64,000 nucleotides of DNA from an uncultured Acidobacteriota bacterium (GCA_963813155.1 CAWEYG010000003.1:896001-960000); one strand, 5' to 3'; shown: positions 1 through 9,807, numbered from the stretch's first letter. Numbers and translations are program-made. Notes: generated by a model not told the origin, from the letters alone.

Positions 1-1309
1 GGACCACGGCGAATCCCTCGGCGAGCACGGAGAAAAGACGCACGGCATTTTCGTGTACGACTCGACGACGCGCGTTCCGTTGCTGTTTGCGGGGCCCGGC
101 GTGCCGCAAATGCGCGTCGATCGGCTCGTCAGCAACCTGGACATTCCCGCGACCGTATTGGATCTTCTGGGCTATCCCCCGCCTTCAAGCGGGGACGGGT
201 TCAGCCTGCGCAGGATCTGGAACGGGGAAAGCCGAGCCCCCGTCTTTCTCGAGTCATTCGAGCCCCGGCTGTCCGACAGCTGGTCGGAGCTGCGGGCCGT
301 GAGGGCGCAGGCCTACAAGGTCATCCGGGCGCCGAGATCGGAGGCCTACGACCTGGAACGGGATCCCGGGGAACGCGACAACGAGCTCAAGCCCGGCAGG
401 CCGCTGCCCGGCAACGCGCGGTCGCTGTTTGTCGCCCTTGATGCGGCGATCAAGGAGGACCCCTTCTCGCGCGGCGACCAGCAGCCCGGCACCGTCTCGC
501 AGGAGACCGGAAAGAAGCTCGCCGCCCTCGGGTACCTCGCGGCCGGCACCCACCCGCCTTCCGGTGCCCTTCCCGATCCCAAAGATCGCATCGAGCTCCG
601 GGAATCAGAGCAGGAAGCACTTGCGCAGATCCGGCCCGGAAGATTCCGCGAGGGCGCCGATCGGCTCGAGGAGATCCTCCGTCGCGACCCGAGCAACGTG
701 TACCTCCTCGGGACGCTGGCGTACGCCCGGCTTCGCACCGGCGAACTCGACCGGGCCGCGGTCCTGTTCCGGCGGGTGCTCGAGCTCGAGCCAAACGACC
801 TCCGCGCCCATTTCGGCCTCGCGCGGATCCTCGCGGCGCGGGGCCGGTTCGCCGACGCGGAATCGTTCGTCCGCGAGACAATCGCCTCCCACCCGGAGAA
901 TTCCGCGGGCTACGAGCAGCTCGGGGAGATCCTCGAAACTCGCCACAACTGCGCAGGAGCCGTGCCCTGGTTCCGGAAAGCCCTCCAGATCGAGCCGCAC
1001 TCCGAGGGAGCCGCATGCGAGCTCGCACACTGTCTGATCCAGCTCGGCGCGTCGCGTGAGGCTCTGTCGCTCCTGGAGGCGGAATTCGCGCACGCTCCCG
1101 GTTCGCACGCGATTGCGTTGAACCTCGGTCTGCTCCGCCTGCAGGCGGGCGACGCCGTCGGAGCGGTCGAGGCCCTGCGGACGGCGACGCGCACCGAGTC
1201 CACGGACCCGCAAGCCTGGTCGGCCCTCGGTCGGGCGCTCGAATCGCTCGGCGACGTCGCCGGCGCACGGGAGTCCCGGGATCGGGCGGCGCGACTCTCG
1301 CCGCCCTGA
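1..1309 (+). CDS. Sulfatase family protein with C-terminal TPR repeats (5' truncated by window edge)
   Basis: Frame open from base 2: DHGESLGEHGE..HG (sulfatase DHG motif), VPLLFAGPG, DIPATVLDLLG, YDLERDPGE, LAALGY, followed by TPR-like helical repeats. Confidence 0.85.
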   Translation, partial: DHGESLGEHGEKTHGIFVYDSTTRVPLLFAGPGVPQMRVDRLVSNLDIPATVLDLLGYPPPSSGDGFSLRRIWNGESRAPVFLESFEPRLSDSWSELRAVRAQAYKVIRAPRSEAYDLERDPGERDNELKPGRPLPGNARSLFVALDAAIKEDPFSRGDQQPGTVSQETGKKLAALGYLAAGTHPPSGALPDPKDRIELRESEQEALAQIRPGRFREGADRLEEILRRDPSNVYLLGTLAYARLRTGELDRAAVLFRRVLELEPNDLRAHFGLARILAARGRFADAESFVRETIASHPENSAGYEQLGEILETRHNCAGAVPWFRKALQIEPHSEGAACELAHCLIQLGASREALSLLEAEFAHAPGSHAIALNLGLLRLQAGDAVGAVEALRTATRTESTDPQAWSALGRALESLGDVAGARESRDRAARLSPP

Positions 1310-1315
1310 TGCCGG

Positions 1316-1359
1316 GACTCCGATTGCATCAGGCGGGAACCGGCGCCGCCCGATACAAT
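1316..1359 (+). promoter_or_regulatory. Candidate operator (one good half-site) plus -10 box for a probably leaderless transcript
   Basis: GACTCCGATTGCATCA (1316-1331), 22 nt spacer, TACAAT (1354-1359), ATG at 1366. Confidence 0.45.
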
Positions 1360-1365
1360 CACGCG

Positions 1366-4300
1366 ATGAGCTTGAACCTGCGAATTCTCGGCTTCTCGTT
1401 TTCCGACCTCTACGACCCGCGGCGCCTCGCCGCGCTCGACGGCGAGTTCGTGAGCGAGCTCGAGAGCTCCGACCCGGCGCTCGCCGAGGTGCTGAAGGCT
1501 GGCCGGTCCGATCCGGACGCCCTTTCGCCGCTTCAGCTCTCCGACTTTCTCGTTCGTCTCGCCCCGCACGTTTCCCGCTTCCTGGAGAAGATCTTTCCCA
1601 TCTCCGGCGAGCTCGACGCTCTCCGAGAGCGCGCCGCCGACGAAGCGGTTCTCTCGCGATTCAAGCGCGACTTTCTCGTGCGTCGCGTCGCGAAGGCCGC
1701 CCTGCCGGATCTCGCGTCCGTCGATCCTGCAGCCGCCGGCGCCGAGCTCCGGCGCTTCGAGCGCACGCTTTTTCCCGAGCTTCCGTGGGAATCCGACGAA
1801 GAAATCGCGACCGCGCGCATGGGCATCGAGCTCCTCGAGCTCGAGAGCGCGTACGTCGAGGTGCTGAAACAGAAGAAGAAGCCCGAAGTCGCGCCGGAGC
1901 TTCGCGCGAGGTCGGCGGCCCTCGCCCGGCTCGACGGCGAACCCGCCGGGAACACGGCGGAAGCCGAGCTCGACTGGCTGGAGCGGCGCCTTCGATACCT
2001 CGAATCGGCCCTTCGCCTGAGGATGGCGCATCCGGCCTGGCGCAAAGACATCGCGAAATGGTCCTCGTTCCGGCTTCCCGAAAAGATCGTCTACGAATCG
2101 CTTGTCGAGACGGTTCGCCCCGATTCTCTGCTGAACGAACGCCGGGAAGGTCCACCCGCTCACCGCCGCCGCCGCGACGGGTTCAAGCTCACCGACAACC
2201 GGATGAATTCGAGGGAGGTCAGCGCGGAAACCCATTACTGCCTCCTCTGCCACGAGCGCGAAAAAGACTCCTGCTCGAAGGGCTTCGTCGACTCGAAGAC
2301 CGAGACTTTTCAGAAGAATCCCCTCGGGGTCTCGCTCTCCGGCTGTCCGCTCGACGAAAAGATCTCCGAAATGCACCAGCTGCGCCGGATCGGCGATTCG
2401 GTCGCGGCTCTCGCGATCATCTGCGTGGACAACCCGATGTGTCCCGGAACGGGCCACCGGATCTGCAACGACTGCATGAAGGGATGCATCTTCCAGAAGC
2501 AAACCCCCGTGAACATCCCCCAGGCCGAGACCGGCGTGCTGACGGACGTTCTCGATCTTCCGTTCGGGTTCGAGATCTACTCCCTGCTGACCCGCTGGAA
2601 CCCCCTGAACTTGCGCCGCCCGTACGCGCTCCCCTACAACGGCAAGAACGTGCTCGTCGTCGGCCTCGGGCCGGCCGGCTACACGCTCGCCCACTATCTT
2701 CTGAACGAGGGATTCGGCGTCGCGGGCGTCGATGGCCTCAAGATCGAGCCGCTGGATCCCGCCCTGCGGCCCATCGAGAGCTTCAGCGAGCTCAAAAGGG
2801 AGCTGGACGAAAGACCGCTGGGCGGATTCGGCGGAGTCTCCGAGTACGGCATCACGGTGCGCTGGGACAAGAACTTCCTGACGGTCATCCAGCTGACGCT
2901 CGTTCGCCGAAAGACGTTCCGCGCCTACGGCGGCGTCCGGTTCGGCGGAACGGTCACCGCGGAGCAGGCGTTTTCGATGGGCTTCGACCACGTCGCCATC
3001 GCCGCCGGAGCCGGACGGCCGACGATCGTCGGCATGAAGAACAACATGATTCGAGGCATCCGCCAGGCGTCCGACTTCCTCATGGCGCTGCAGCTGACGG
3101 GGGCGTTCAAGAAGAACGGCCTCGCGAACCTGCAGGCGGAGCTGCCGGCCGTCGTCATCGGCGGCGGCCTGACGGCGATCGACACGGCGACCGAGCTCCT
3201 CGCGTACTACCCGCTCGAAGCCGAGAAGACCCTCCGGCAGTACGAGGCGCTCGCGGCCGCCCGGGGAGACGAGCACCTGCGCCAGCACTTCGACGACGAA
3301 GAACGGGAGATCCTCGACCGCCTTCTCGCGCACGGCACGGCCGTGCGAAACGAGAGAGCCCGGGCCGCGGCGGCGGGAGAGACACCTGATCTCGCGAAAC
3401 TCTCCCGCGAATGGGGAGGGGTCACGATCGTCTATCGACGGACGCTCGAGGAGTCGCCCGCCTACCGGCTGAACCACGAGGAGATCATCAAGGCCCTGGA
3501 GGAGGGAATTTCTTTCGTCGAGACGCTCGATCCCCTGGAGGCGGTGCCCGACGAGTTCGGAAAGCTCCGGGCATTGCGCTTCCGGAAGCCCTCCGGCGAG
3601 GTGACGGAGTTTCCGGCGAGGAGCTGCTTCGTGGCGGCCGGGACGACGCCGAATATCACGTACGCGAAGGAACGCCCGGCCTCGATCCCGCTCGACGAAA
3701 AGAAGCGCTTCTTCGAGCCGCACCGCCTGCAGGTCCGTCCGGACGGCGGCCGCGAGCTCGTGGCCTGCCAGGCCAACGATCCGGGCGGGATCTTCACGGG
3801 ATTCCAGCGCGACGGAAAATTCACGACTTTCTTCGGCGACAACCATCCCCGCTACAACGGAAACGTCGTCAAGGCGATGGCTTCCGCGAGGGACGGGTAT
3901 CCCTGGATCGCCGGGCTGTTCGCGGGCGAACTCTCCGCGCTCGACCCCGCCGGACAGCCCGCCCGCGACGGCGCGTGGCGAGACTTTGCGAGCCTGCTCG
4001 ACGACGAATGGGTCGCCCGCGTCGTTCGAGTGGACCGGCTCACGCCGACGATCGTGGAAGTCATCGTTCGCGCGCCGGCGGCCGCCCGCGGATTCCGCCC
4101 GGGCCAGTTCTACCGGCTCCAGAACTTCGAGGCGTCTTCGCCGAAAATCGACGGCGCGCCGCTCCTCATGGAGCCGCTCGCCCTGACGGGGGCCTCGACC
4201 GACCCGAGCCGGGGGCTTCTCTCGATGATCGCGCTCGAGCTCGGCGTCTCGTCGCGGCTCTGCGCGGCCCTGAAGCCCGGCGAGCCCGTCATCGTGATGG

Positions 4301-4986
4301 GTCCGACCGGCTCGCCGACGGAGATCCCCGAAGGGTCCACCGTGATGCTCTGCGGCGGCGGCCTCGGAAATGCCGTTCTGTTCTCCATCGGAAAGGCCTG
4401 CCGGGAGCGCGGAAACCGCGTGATCTACTTCGCCGGCTACAAGAAAGCCGAAGATTTCTACAAGCGCGACGATATCGAAGCCGCGGCCGACGTCGTCGTC
4501 TACTCCGTCGACCGCGGCGAGGGGATCCCTCCCCGGCGCCCGCAGGACCGCTCCCTCGTCGGGAACATCCTCGAGGCGATCGTCGCCTACGCGAAGGGAA
4601 CGCTCGGTGAGCCGCCGATCGACCTCAAACGCGTGGAGAGGATCATCGCGATCGGCTCCGACAGGATGATGGCGGCCGTCACGAAGGCGCGGCACGAGGT
4701 CCTTGCGCCCTTCCTTTCGAAGGCCCACATCGGCATTGCGTCGATCAATTCTCCGATGCAGTGCATGATGAAAGAAGTCTGCGCGCAGTGCCTCCAGAAG
4801 CACCGGGACCCCGCGACGGGAGCCACGAAGGAGATCGTCTTTTCCTGCTACAACCAGGATCAGCTGATGGACGAGATGGACTGGGGACACCTCGCGGCCC
4901 GACTGCGCCAGAACACGGTCGCCGAGAAACTCTCCGGGGGATGGTTCGACCTGATGCTGCAGAAGCAGGACGTCCGGCTCGTCTAA
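1366..4986 (+). CDS. Large FAD/FeS oxidoreductase: GltD/NfnB-like module fused to a C-terminal FNR/PyrK/NfnA-like module
   Basis: N-terminal Cys clusters (CLLCH..C, GCPLDEKI, GHRICNDCMKGC), GLGPAG and GGGLTAID Rossmann motifs, PGQFYRL, GPTG, GGGLG, and C-terminal SPMQCMMKEVCAQC..C [2Fe-2S] motif; an alternative start at 1309 overlaps the upstream stop. Confidence 0.85.
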   Translation: MSLNLRILGFSFSDLYDPRRLAALDGEFVSELESSDPALAEVLKAGRSDPDALSPLQLSDFLVRLAPHVSRFLEKIFPISGELDALRERAADEAVLSRFKRDFLVRRVAKAALPDLASVDPAAAGAELRRFERTLFPELPWESDEEIATARMGIELLELESAYVEVLKQKKKPEVAPELRARSAALARLDGEPAGNTAEAELDWLERRLRYLESALRLRMAHPAWRKDIAKWSSFRLPEKIVYESLVETVRPDSLLNERREGPPAHRRRRDGFKLTDNRMNSREVSAETHYCLLCHEREKDSCSKGFVDSKTETFQKNPLGVSLSGCPLDEKISEMHQLRRIGDSVAALAIICVDNPMCPGTGHRICNDCMKGCIFQKQTPVNIPQAETGVLTDVLDLPFGFEIYSLLTRWNPLNLRRPYALPYNGKNVLVVGLGPAGYTLAHYLLNEGFGVAGVDGLKIEPLDPALRPIESFSELKRELDERPLGGFGGVSEYGITVRWDKNFLTVIQLTLVRRKTFRAYGGVRFGGTVTAEQAFSMGFDHVAIAAGAGRPTIVGMKNNMIRGIRQASDFLMALQLTGAFKKNGLANLQAELPAVVIGGGLTAIDTATELLAYYPLEAEKTLRQYEALAAARGDEHLRQHFDDEEREILDRLLAHGTAVRNERARAAAAGETPDLAKLSREWGGVTIVYRRTLEESPAYRLNHEEIIKALEEGISFVETLDPLEAVPDEFGKLRALRFRKPSGEVTEFPARSCFVAAGTTPNITYAKERPASIPLDEKKRFFEPHRLQVRPDGGRELVACQANDPGGIFTGFQRDGKFTTFFGDNHPRYNGNVVKAMASARDGYPWIAGLFAGELSALDPAGQPARDGAWRDFASLLDDEWVARVVRVDRLTPTIVEVIVRAPAAARGFRPGQFYRLQNFEASSPKIDGAPLLMEPLALTGASTDPSRGLLSMIALELGVSSRLCAALKPGEPVIVMGPTGSPTEIPEGSTVMLCGGGLGNAVLFSIGKACRERGNRVIYFAGYKKAEDFYKRDDIEAAADVVVYSVDRGEGIPPRRPQDRSLVGNILEAIVAYAKGTLGEPPIDLKRVERIIAIGSDRMMAAVTKARHEVLAPFLSKAHIGIASINSPMQCMMKEVCAQCLQKHRDPATGATKEIVFSCYNQDQLMDEMDWGHLAARLRQNTVAEKLSGGWFDLMLQKQDVRLV

Positions 4987-5000
4987 CGCGCGAGCGAAGG

Positions 5001-5132
5001 CTCTGAAGGGGTGACGGCGGCCAGGGACCCAGCGGAACCCGCAGGCCGCCCGACACACCAACTCACAAAGGAGCCGAAGTGACCCGTGCCGAGGATTTCC
5101 GCGGGGTGGCCGCCGGCAGGACCCCGGAAGAG
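5001..5132. other. Structured intergenic element (long imperfect inverted repeat) between convergent genes
   Basis: CGGCGGCCA 5015-5023 pairs with TGGCCGCCG 5107-5115; GGGGT/ACCCC, GCGGAA/TTCCGC and CTCT/AGAG extend the rod. Confidence 0.5.
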
Positions 5133-5142
5133 TCGAGCGACC

Positions 5143-6087
5143 CTACGGCCCGAAGAGGAAGACCAGGTAGGGGTTCACGGCGAGGCCGCGGTGGAAGTCG
5201 GGGATGTCTTCGGGAAGGCGGGTCACCGAGAAGTGCAGGTGGGCTCCGTGGGCGTTGCCCGTCGCGCCGACGTAACCGAGCAGCTCGCCCTTGCGGACCT
5301 TCTCCCCCGCCGCGAGACCGCGAGCAAACCGGGTCAGGTGGCAGTAGTAGAACAGGTACCGGTTCGAGGCGTCCCGAAGGTAGATCGCGTTGCCGCCCCT
5401 CTTCTCCCGAGCGGCCCGGACCACTTCTCCGTCGGCCACCGCGAGCACGGGCGTGCCCTTCGGGGCTCCGATGTCGAGCGCCAGATGCTGGCGGGAATGC
5501 CGGCGGGTGCCGCGGGGGTCGAGGAACGAATCCCGCAGCTCGTCGCGCGTGACGCCCTCGACCGGGATCTGAAGGTTCATCGAGATCAGCTCCTCGAGGT
5601 ACCCGTCTTCCGGCAGGAGGCTCGTCTGCGTGGACTTGGGCCGGAACAGATCCCCGACGTTCTTCACGGCCGTCATCAGGTGATTCAGGGGCGTCGGTTT
5701 CTTCGAAAGGCTCTCCGCCGGAACTTCCTCCAGGTTCGCCCCGTCGTCCCCGTCTTCCTCGCAGGTTCCTGCGGCAATCTCCTGGGGCGTGCACTCCCGG
5801 TCCTCCTCGTGGACGTCCACGACGGCAATCTGCTCGATCACGTCATCCTTCGGGACGGCCTTCGGAACGGGCGCTTCCTTCAAACCGGCGGGGCGGCTGG
5901 GGCCGAACGGCTCGAAAGTGGAGATGCCATCCGGCCGCGGCTCGCCAAGAGCGGCCCTCGACCGCTTCAAATTCAGAGATTTGGATTTCTTGGACCGCGA
6001 AACACGGGATTTCGAAGCGGATGCCGCAACCGGGAGGGCGAGGAAAATAATGAGTATGGGGGCGAGAACGACTCGTCTCGTCTGCAC
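5143..6087 (-). CDS. M23 family metallopeptidase (LytM-like), secreted
   Basis: Signal-like N-terminus from GTG 6087; HLALDIGAPKGTPV (HxxxD), YCHL, VGATGNA..HLHF (HxH). Confidence 0.85.
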   Translation of the reverse strand: MQTRRVVLAPILIIFLALPVAASASKSRVSRSKKSKSLNLKRSRAALGEPRPDGISTFEPFGPSRPAGLKEAPVPKAVPKDDVIEQIAVVDVHEEDRECTPQEIAAGTCEEDGDDGANLEEVPAESLSKKPTPLNHLMTAVKNVGDLFRPKSTQTSLLPEDGYLEELISMNLQIPVEGVTRDELRDSFLDPRGTRRHSRQHLALDIGAPKGTPVLAVADGEVVRAAREKRGGNAIYLRDASNRYLFYYCHLTRFARGLAAGEKVRKGELLGYVGATGNAHGAHLHFSVTRLPEDIPDFHRGLAVNPYLVFLFGP

Positions 6088-6169
6088 TCGGGGATTATGG
6101 CGAACCAACAGCCGCCGATCAACAAAAAACGACCCCCAAGTGGTGTTTTTTTGAATGCAAAAAGGATGC

Positions 6170-6730
6170 CTAGGCCCGTTCGAGGTAGGTGTCTTCCCGC
6201 GTATCGATCTTGACGACGGTCCCGGCCTCGACGAACTGGGGAACATTGACGACGAGCCCGGTCTCGAGCTTCGCCGGCTTGTACGAGGCGGAGGCGGTCG
6301 CGCCCTTCATTCCCGGCTGGGTCTCCACGACCCGGAGATTCACCGTGTTCGGCAGCTCGACGCCGACGGGATTTCCCTCGTAGAAGTCGACCGAGATCGC
6401 CGTGTTCGGAAGAAGGTATTTCATCGAGTCGCCGACGACGTCGTCCGGAAGAGTGATCTGGTCGTAGGACTCCTGGTTCATGAAGTGATGCCCCGACGGA
6501 TCGGAGTACAGGTACTCCATCTCGTGGGTGTCGAGCGAGGCCTTTTCGAGCCGGTCGCTCGAGGAAAAACGGTGGTCGATCATCGAGCCGTTTCGAAGGT
6601 TCCGCATCCGAACCTGCATGAAGGCCCGGAGGTTCCCGGGGGTCCGGTGGGAAGCCTCGTGCACTCGGTGAAGCTCGCCGTTGTAGATGACGATCATGCC
6701 GTTGCGAATCTGCGTTGCGGGTATATTCAT
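6170..6730 (-). CDS. efp: Elongation factor P
   Basis: HRTPGNLRA loop, YLYSD, HFMNQESYDQ, KPAKLETG..V.VPQF, IDTR..YLERA. Confidence 0.95.
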   Translation of the reverse strand: MNIPATQIRNGMIVIYNGELHRVHEASHRTPGNLRAFMQVRMRNLRNGSMIDHRFSSSDRLEKASLDTHEMEYLYSDPSGHHFMNQESYDQITLPDDVVGDSMKYLLPNTAISVDFYEGNPVGVELPNTVNLRVVETQPGMKGATASASYKPAKLETGLVVNVPQFVEAGTVVKIDTREDTYLERA

Positions 6731-6760
6731 CTCAGCTCCAAAGGGGCGCCAATCTAACAC

Positions 6761-6790
6761 AAAAAAAGGCCCGCCGAAGCGGGCCGCTTT
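6761..6790 (-). terminator. Rho-independent terminator after the lipase gene
   Basis: GGCCCGC-TTCG-GCGGGCC followed by a T run on the minus strand. Confidence 0.85.
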
Positions 6791-6811
6791 GGATTCGGTG
6801 ACGAGAAACTC

Positions 6812-8365
6812 TCAGCGCTGCCGCTCCCGCGTCGGAGAGGTCCGATCCCCCGAGTCGAGCAGCTCCCGGACCGGCGCCACCCTCAGCTGCGGATCGACCG
6901 GAGGGAAAACGTTCATCAGGGACTGCCAGACATCGATCGGAAACAGGCTCGCACCGGCCGTCGGAGCCAGGCTCCGCCGGATCGTGTCGGCGCTCGACGG
7001 GACGTCGGGCTCGAACATGACCGCGGCGACGTCGATTCGCGGGATCTTCGTTCCGTACGTCGCATTGAGGAACTGCACGATCTCGTCGGCGACGATCGCG
7101 TAGCCGGTGTTGGTCGGGTGAACGCCGTCGTAGGAGAAGATGCCTCCCGTGAGGAATTTCGTCGTGAGCGTGATTCCGCCGTAGGTTCGTCCATGTGCGA
7201 CGATGTCTTTGAAGATCGCGTTCATGTCGACGACGGGCGCTCCGATCGACGCCGCGGCCGTCGCGATCGCGGAGTTGTAGGCGGCGTTCCTCGCCAGAAG
7301 CGCAGCGACTTCGTCGCCGTACAGAAGGACACCCGGGTGAAGTCCGTCGAGGCCGATGCTGCCGTCGGGCAAAGGATGGTCGCAAGCCGGGAGACTGGGG
7401 GCGACCGCGCAGGGAATTCCGAAACCCTGCGCTTCCAGGGAAAGAGCTCCGAGAGTGACAAGGGTGCTCGTCGGGTCGACCTGCGCGACGCTTCCGTCGT
7501 GCTTCTCCCCGATCAAAGGAATGACATGACCGGCGGGATCGAGCACCGGCTGCTGGGTGGCCGGATTGATGACGACCGGCGGGACCGTCGTCGTGAACGG
7601 GAGCGACGTCACGTCGGGAAGATTGATCACGACAATCGCCGCGTTCGGGAGGGCCGCGTGCAACGTCTGAAGGATCTGGGTGTACTTCGACGTGAACTTG
7701 TCGATCGTGGTCAGCGTGATCCCGTCACAAAGTCCGTTCTCCGCGGGATTCAACGCGAGGCACGAATCGCTGATCACGGTGCCCGAGCCTGCCGCGTCGA
7801 GGTCGTCGTTGTTCCCGGCCCACACGGTCACGAAGGAGGGCGACAGTGCGATCGCCTGCTCGACCGAGTTCGTCCCGTTCAGCGGCGACCCGGGAAAGTT
7901 CCGGAGGACCAGCGAAAGAATGTCGGTTCCGTTCGACGTGGTCTTGTCGATCTGATCGTAGCTGTGGGAGCCGGGAATCCCGAGGTTGTTGTAAGGCCTG
8001 GGAAGCAGCGAGTTCTCGGGCTGCCCGCCCGACTCTCCGGCGTGGACGTCGATCCCGAAGGATCCGTTCGAAAACGTGAGCGAATAGCAGGGCTGGGGGA
8101 GCCCCGGCTCGGTCACGAGCGGCTGCTGAAATTTTCCGGGCGAGGCATCGGAATCGCCCTCCCGGGCCACCGTCATTCCGAACTGGCCGGCGAGCTGCGC
8201 CGGATAGGACTTCAACTGATGTCGCGCAACGAGGCAACCCGATTCCCAGCCCGCGGTCAGTGAATCGCCGATCGCGACGTAGTTCGAGAAACTCGGCGCG
8301 GCCGCAAAGACGCTCGACGCGGCGAAAATCATGGCCGCGAGGGGAAACACGTGAATTCGTTTCAT
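6812..8365 (-). CDS. Secreted SGNH/GDSL lipase/esterase
   Basis: Signal peptide; AIGDSLTAG, NLGIPG, WAGNND, DGVHP blocks; GGAGG RBS upstream of ATG 8365. Confidence 0.9.
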   Translation of the reverse strand: MKRIHVFPLAAMIFAASSVFAAAPSFSNYVAIGDSLTAGWESGCLVARHQLKSYPAQLAGQFGMTVAREGDSDASPGKFQQPLVTEPGLPQPCYSLTFSNGSFGIDVHAGESGGQPENSLLPRPYNNLGIPGSHSYDQIDKTTSNGTDILSLVLRNFPGSPLNGTNSVEQAIALSPSFVTVWAGNNDDLDAAGSGTVISDSCLALNPAENGLCDGITLTTIDKFTSKYTQILQTLHAALPNAAIVVINLPDVTSLPFTTTVPPVVINPATQQPVLDPAGHVIPLIGEKHDGSVAQVDPTSTLVTLGALSLEAQGFGIPCAVAPSLPACDHPLPDGSIGLDGLHPGVLLYGDEVAALLARNAAYNSAIATAAASIGAPVVDMNAIFKDIVAHGRTYGGITLTTKFLTGGIFSYDGVHPTNTGYAIVADEIVQFLNATYGTKIPRIDVAAVMFEPDVPSSADTIRRSLAPTAGASLFPIDVWQSLMNVFPPVDPQLRVAPVRELLDSGDRTSPTRERQR

Positions 8366-8396
8366 CTCGAAATCCTCCATTTCTTCTCAGCCGCGC

Positions 8397-9701
8397 TCAA
8401 AACGAGAGACGAATATTGAGACCGACGAGGTTCGCGGTCAGCTTGTACGAGCCGTTGAAATTGTCCGAGCTCTGTCCCTTCGTGCTCCGGTCCTGAAACG
8501 GCAGGTACATGTCGGCGAGATCCACGCCGAAGTGATCGCCGTTGTAGCCGAAACCGAGGCAATAGCCGCGCCGGATCGAATCGGGCAGGATCGGCCCGGC
8601 GTCGCTGTCGGGCTGCGGCGACTCGTCATAAACGAAGCCGGCGCGGACGGCGAACGAATGGAACTTCTGTTCGACGCCCACCCGATACGACCAGACGTTC
8701 TTCCACCCGTTGTCCCGGTGAACGTTCGGCGCCTCGCCGTTCGGAAAGACGATGTCCAGCGAAGAAAAGCGGGACCACTCTGTCCAGACAGCGTCCGCGG
8801 AAAGCGTGAACGTGTTGTTCGGACAATGGTACGCGACGCCGATGTCGCCGATGGCCGGCGTGTCGATCGACGTCGTCGCCCGAGCACTGGCCGGCAACTG
8901 GGCGGCGACGAGCGCGTCGAAGATCGGATCGCCCGACGACCGCTGCGTGAACTTCGCGTTGGCATCGAAGTCGGTCTTGAGGTGCGACCGATAGGAGCCG
9001 CCCAGAGAGAACATCGGCACGGGTTTCCAGAGAAAGCCAGCGTTCCAGCCCCATCCGTGCGCGTTGTCCGACTTGAGCTTCACATGGGCGATCTCGGCCT
9101 GCGACAGCGTGAACGGGTCCGTCATCGCCTCGTCGCGTTCCAGCGTCACGTTCGAGATCCGGTATTCAGCGCCCGCGGCGACCGAAAAAGTCGGCGTCGC
9201 GCGAAACGCGAGAACCGGCTCGAGGCTGACGGTCTTGATCGCGGCGTTCTGCGAGATGAACCGGCCGGACCAGGTCTCCGCGTCCTTCCAACGGGAGGAA
9301 AGGCCGAACGGCGAGAAAGATCCGAATCCGAACTTCAGGTTCGAGGTGATCGGCGCCACGATGTAGAGCGTGCTCGGAAAAAACCACGTCTTGTGGTACG
9401 TCCCGGTGGCTCCCGCGCCCGGGAAAGGGTTGTCTCCGGTGAACTCCGACTTCGTGAACGTCGTCACGGTCGTGCCGGCCATCACCGAGAAATGATCCTG
9501 GAAGCCGAGCCCCGAGGGGTTGTAGAAGATCGCCGACGGATCGTCCGCGACCGCGCTGAAAGCGCCGCCCATGGCCGTTGCTTTCGCGCCCTGTTCGAAA
9601 AAGCCGAAGCCGGCCGGAAGCGCCGGCGACGCCACGAAGAGAGCCGCGCAAGCGAGCCACAGGAAACGAACCGGGAGGGACCGGAGTCGCGGATTCGCCA
9701 C
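8397..9701 (-). CDS. OmpP1/FadL long-chain fatty acid outer membrane transporter
   Basis: AGF..EQG.KA..MGGA..A.ADDPSAIFYNPSG N-terminal signature, ILPDS near the C-terminus, terminal Phe. Confidence 0.9.
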   Translation of the reverse strand: MANPRLRSLPVRFLWLACAALFVASPALPAGFGFFEQGAKATAMGGAFSAVADDPSAIFYNPSGLGFQDHFSVMAGTTVTTFTKSEFTGDNPFPGAGATGTYHKTWFFPSTLYIVAPITSNLKFGFGSFSPFGLSSRWKDAETWSGRFISQNAAIKTVSLEPVLAFRATPTFSVAAGAEYRISNVTLERDEAMTDPFTLSQAEIAHVKLKSDNAHGWGWNAGFLWKPVPMFSLGGSYRSHLKTDFDANAKFTQRSSGDPIFDALVAAQLPASARATTSIDTPAIGDIGVAYHCPNNTFTLSADAVWTEWSRFSSLDIVFPNGEAPNVHRDNGWKNVWSYRVGVEQKFHSFAVRAGFVYDESPQPDSDAGPILPDSIRRGYCLGFGYNGDHFGVDLADMYLPFQDRSTKGQSSDNFNGSYKLTANLVGLNIRLSF

Positions 9702-9807
9702 AAATCCTCCTATTGCAAAAGTTAGAGACGCTTCGAAAATCTACGCTCCGGCCGACCCCCTGTCAACAGGGCGTTTGAATCATCTGCTGCTACACTGTCC
9801 GGGAGCA

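Noticed and set aside
2239-2253. CLLCH read as a heme c motif
   Set aside because: Cytoplasmic flavoprotein with no signal peptide; it matches the FeS-binding CxxC region of GltD-like enzymes
910-5061. Very long antisense and alternate-frame ORFs (1383 aa here; also 19649-23182, 29758-31803, 42246-44375, 58482-60497)
   Set aside because: Shadow ORFs of well-supported genes in high-GC DNA; Arg/Gly/Pro-rich and without motifs
5001-5132. Assignment as 6S RNA, SRP RNA, tRNA-Sec or a hammerhead ribozyme
   Set aside because: No SRP domain IV consensus, no cloverleaf with a TCA anticodon, no CUGANGA core; left unassigned
6121-6155. Terminator after efp
   Set aside because: A- and T-tracts are present but the GC stem is weak and mismatched
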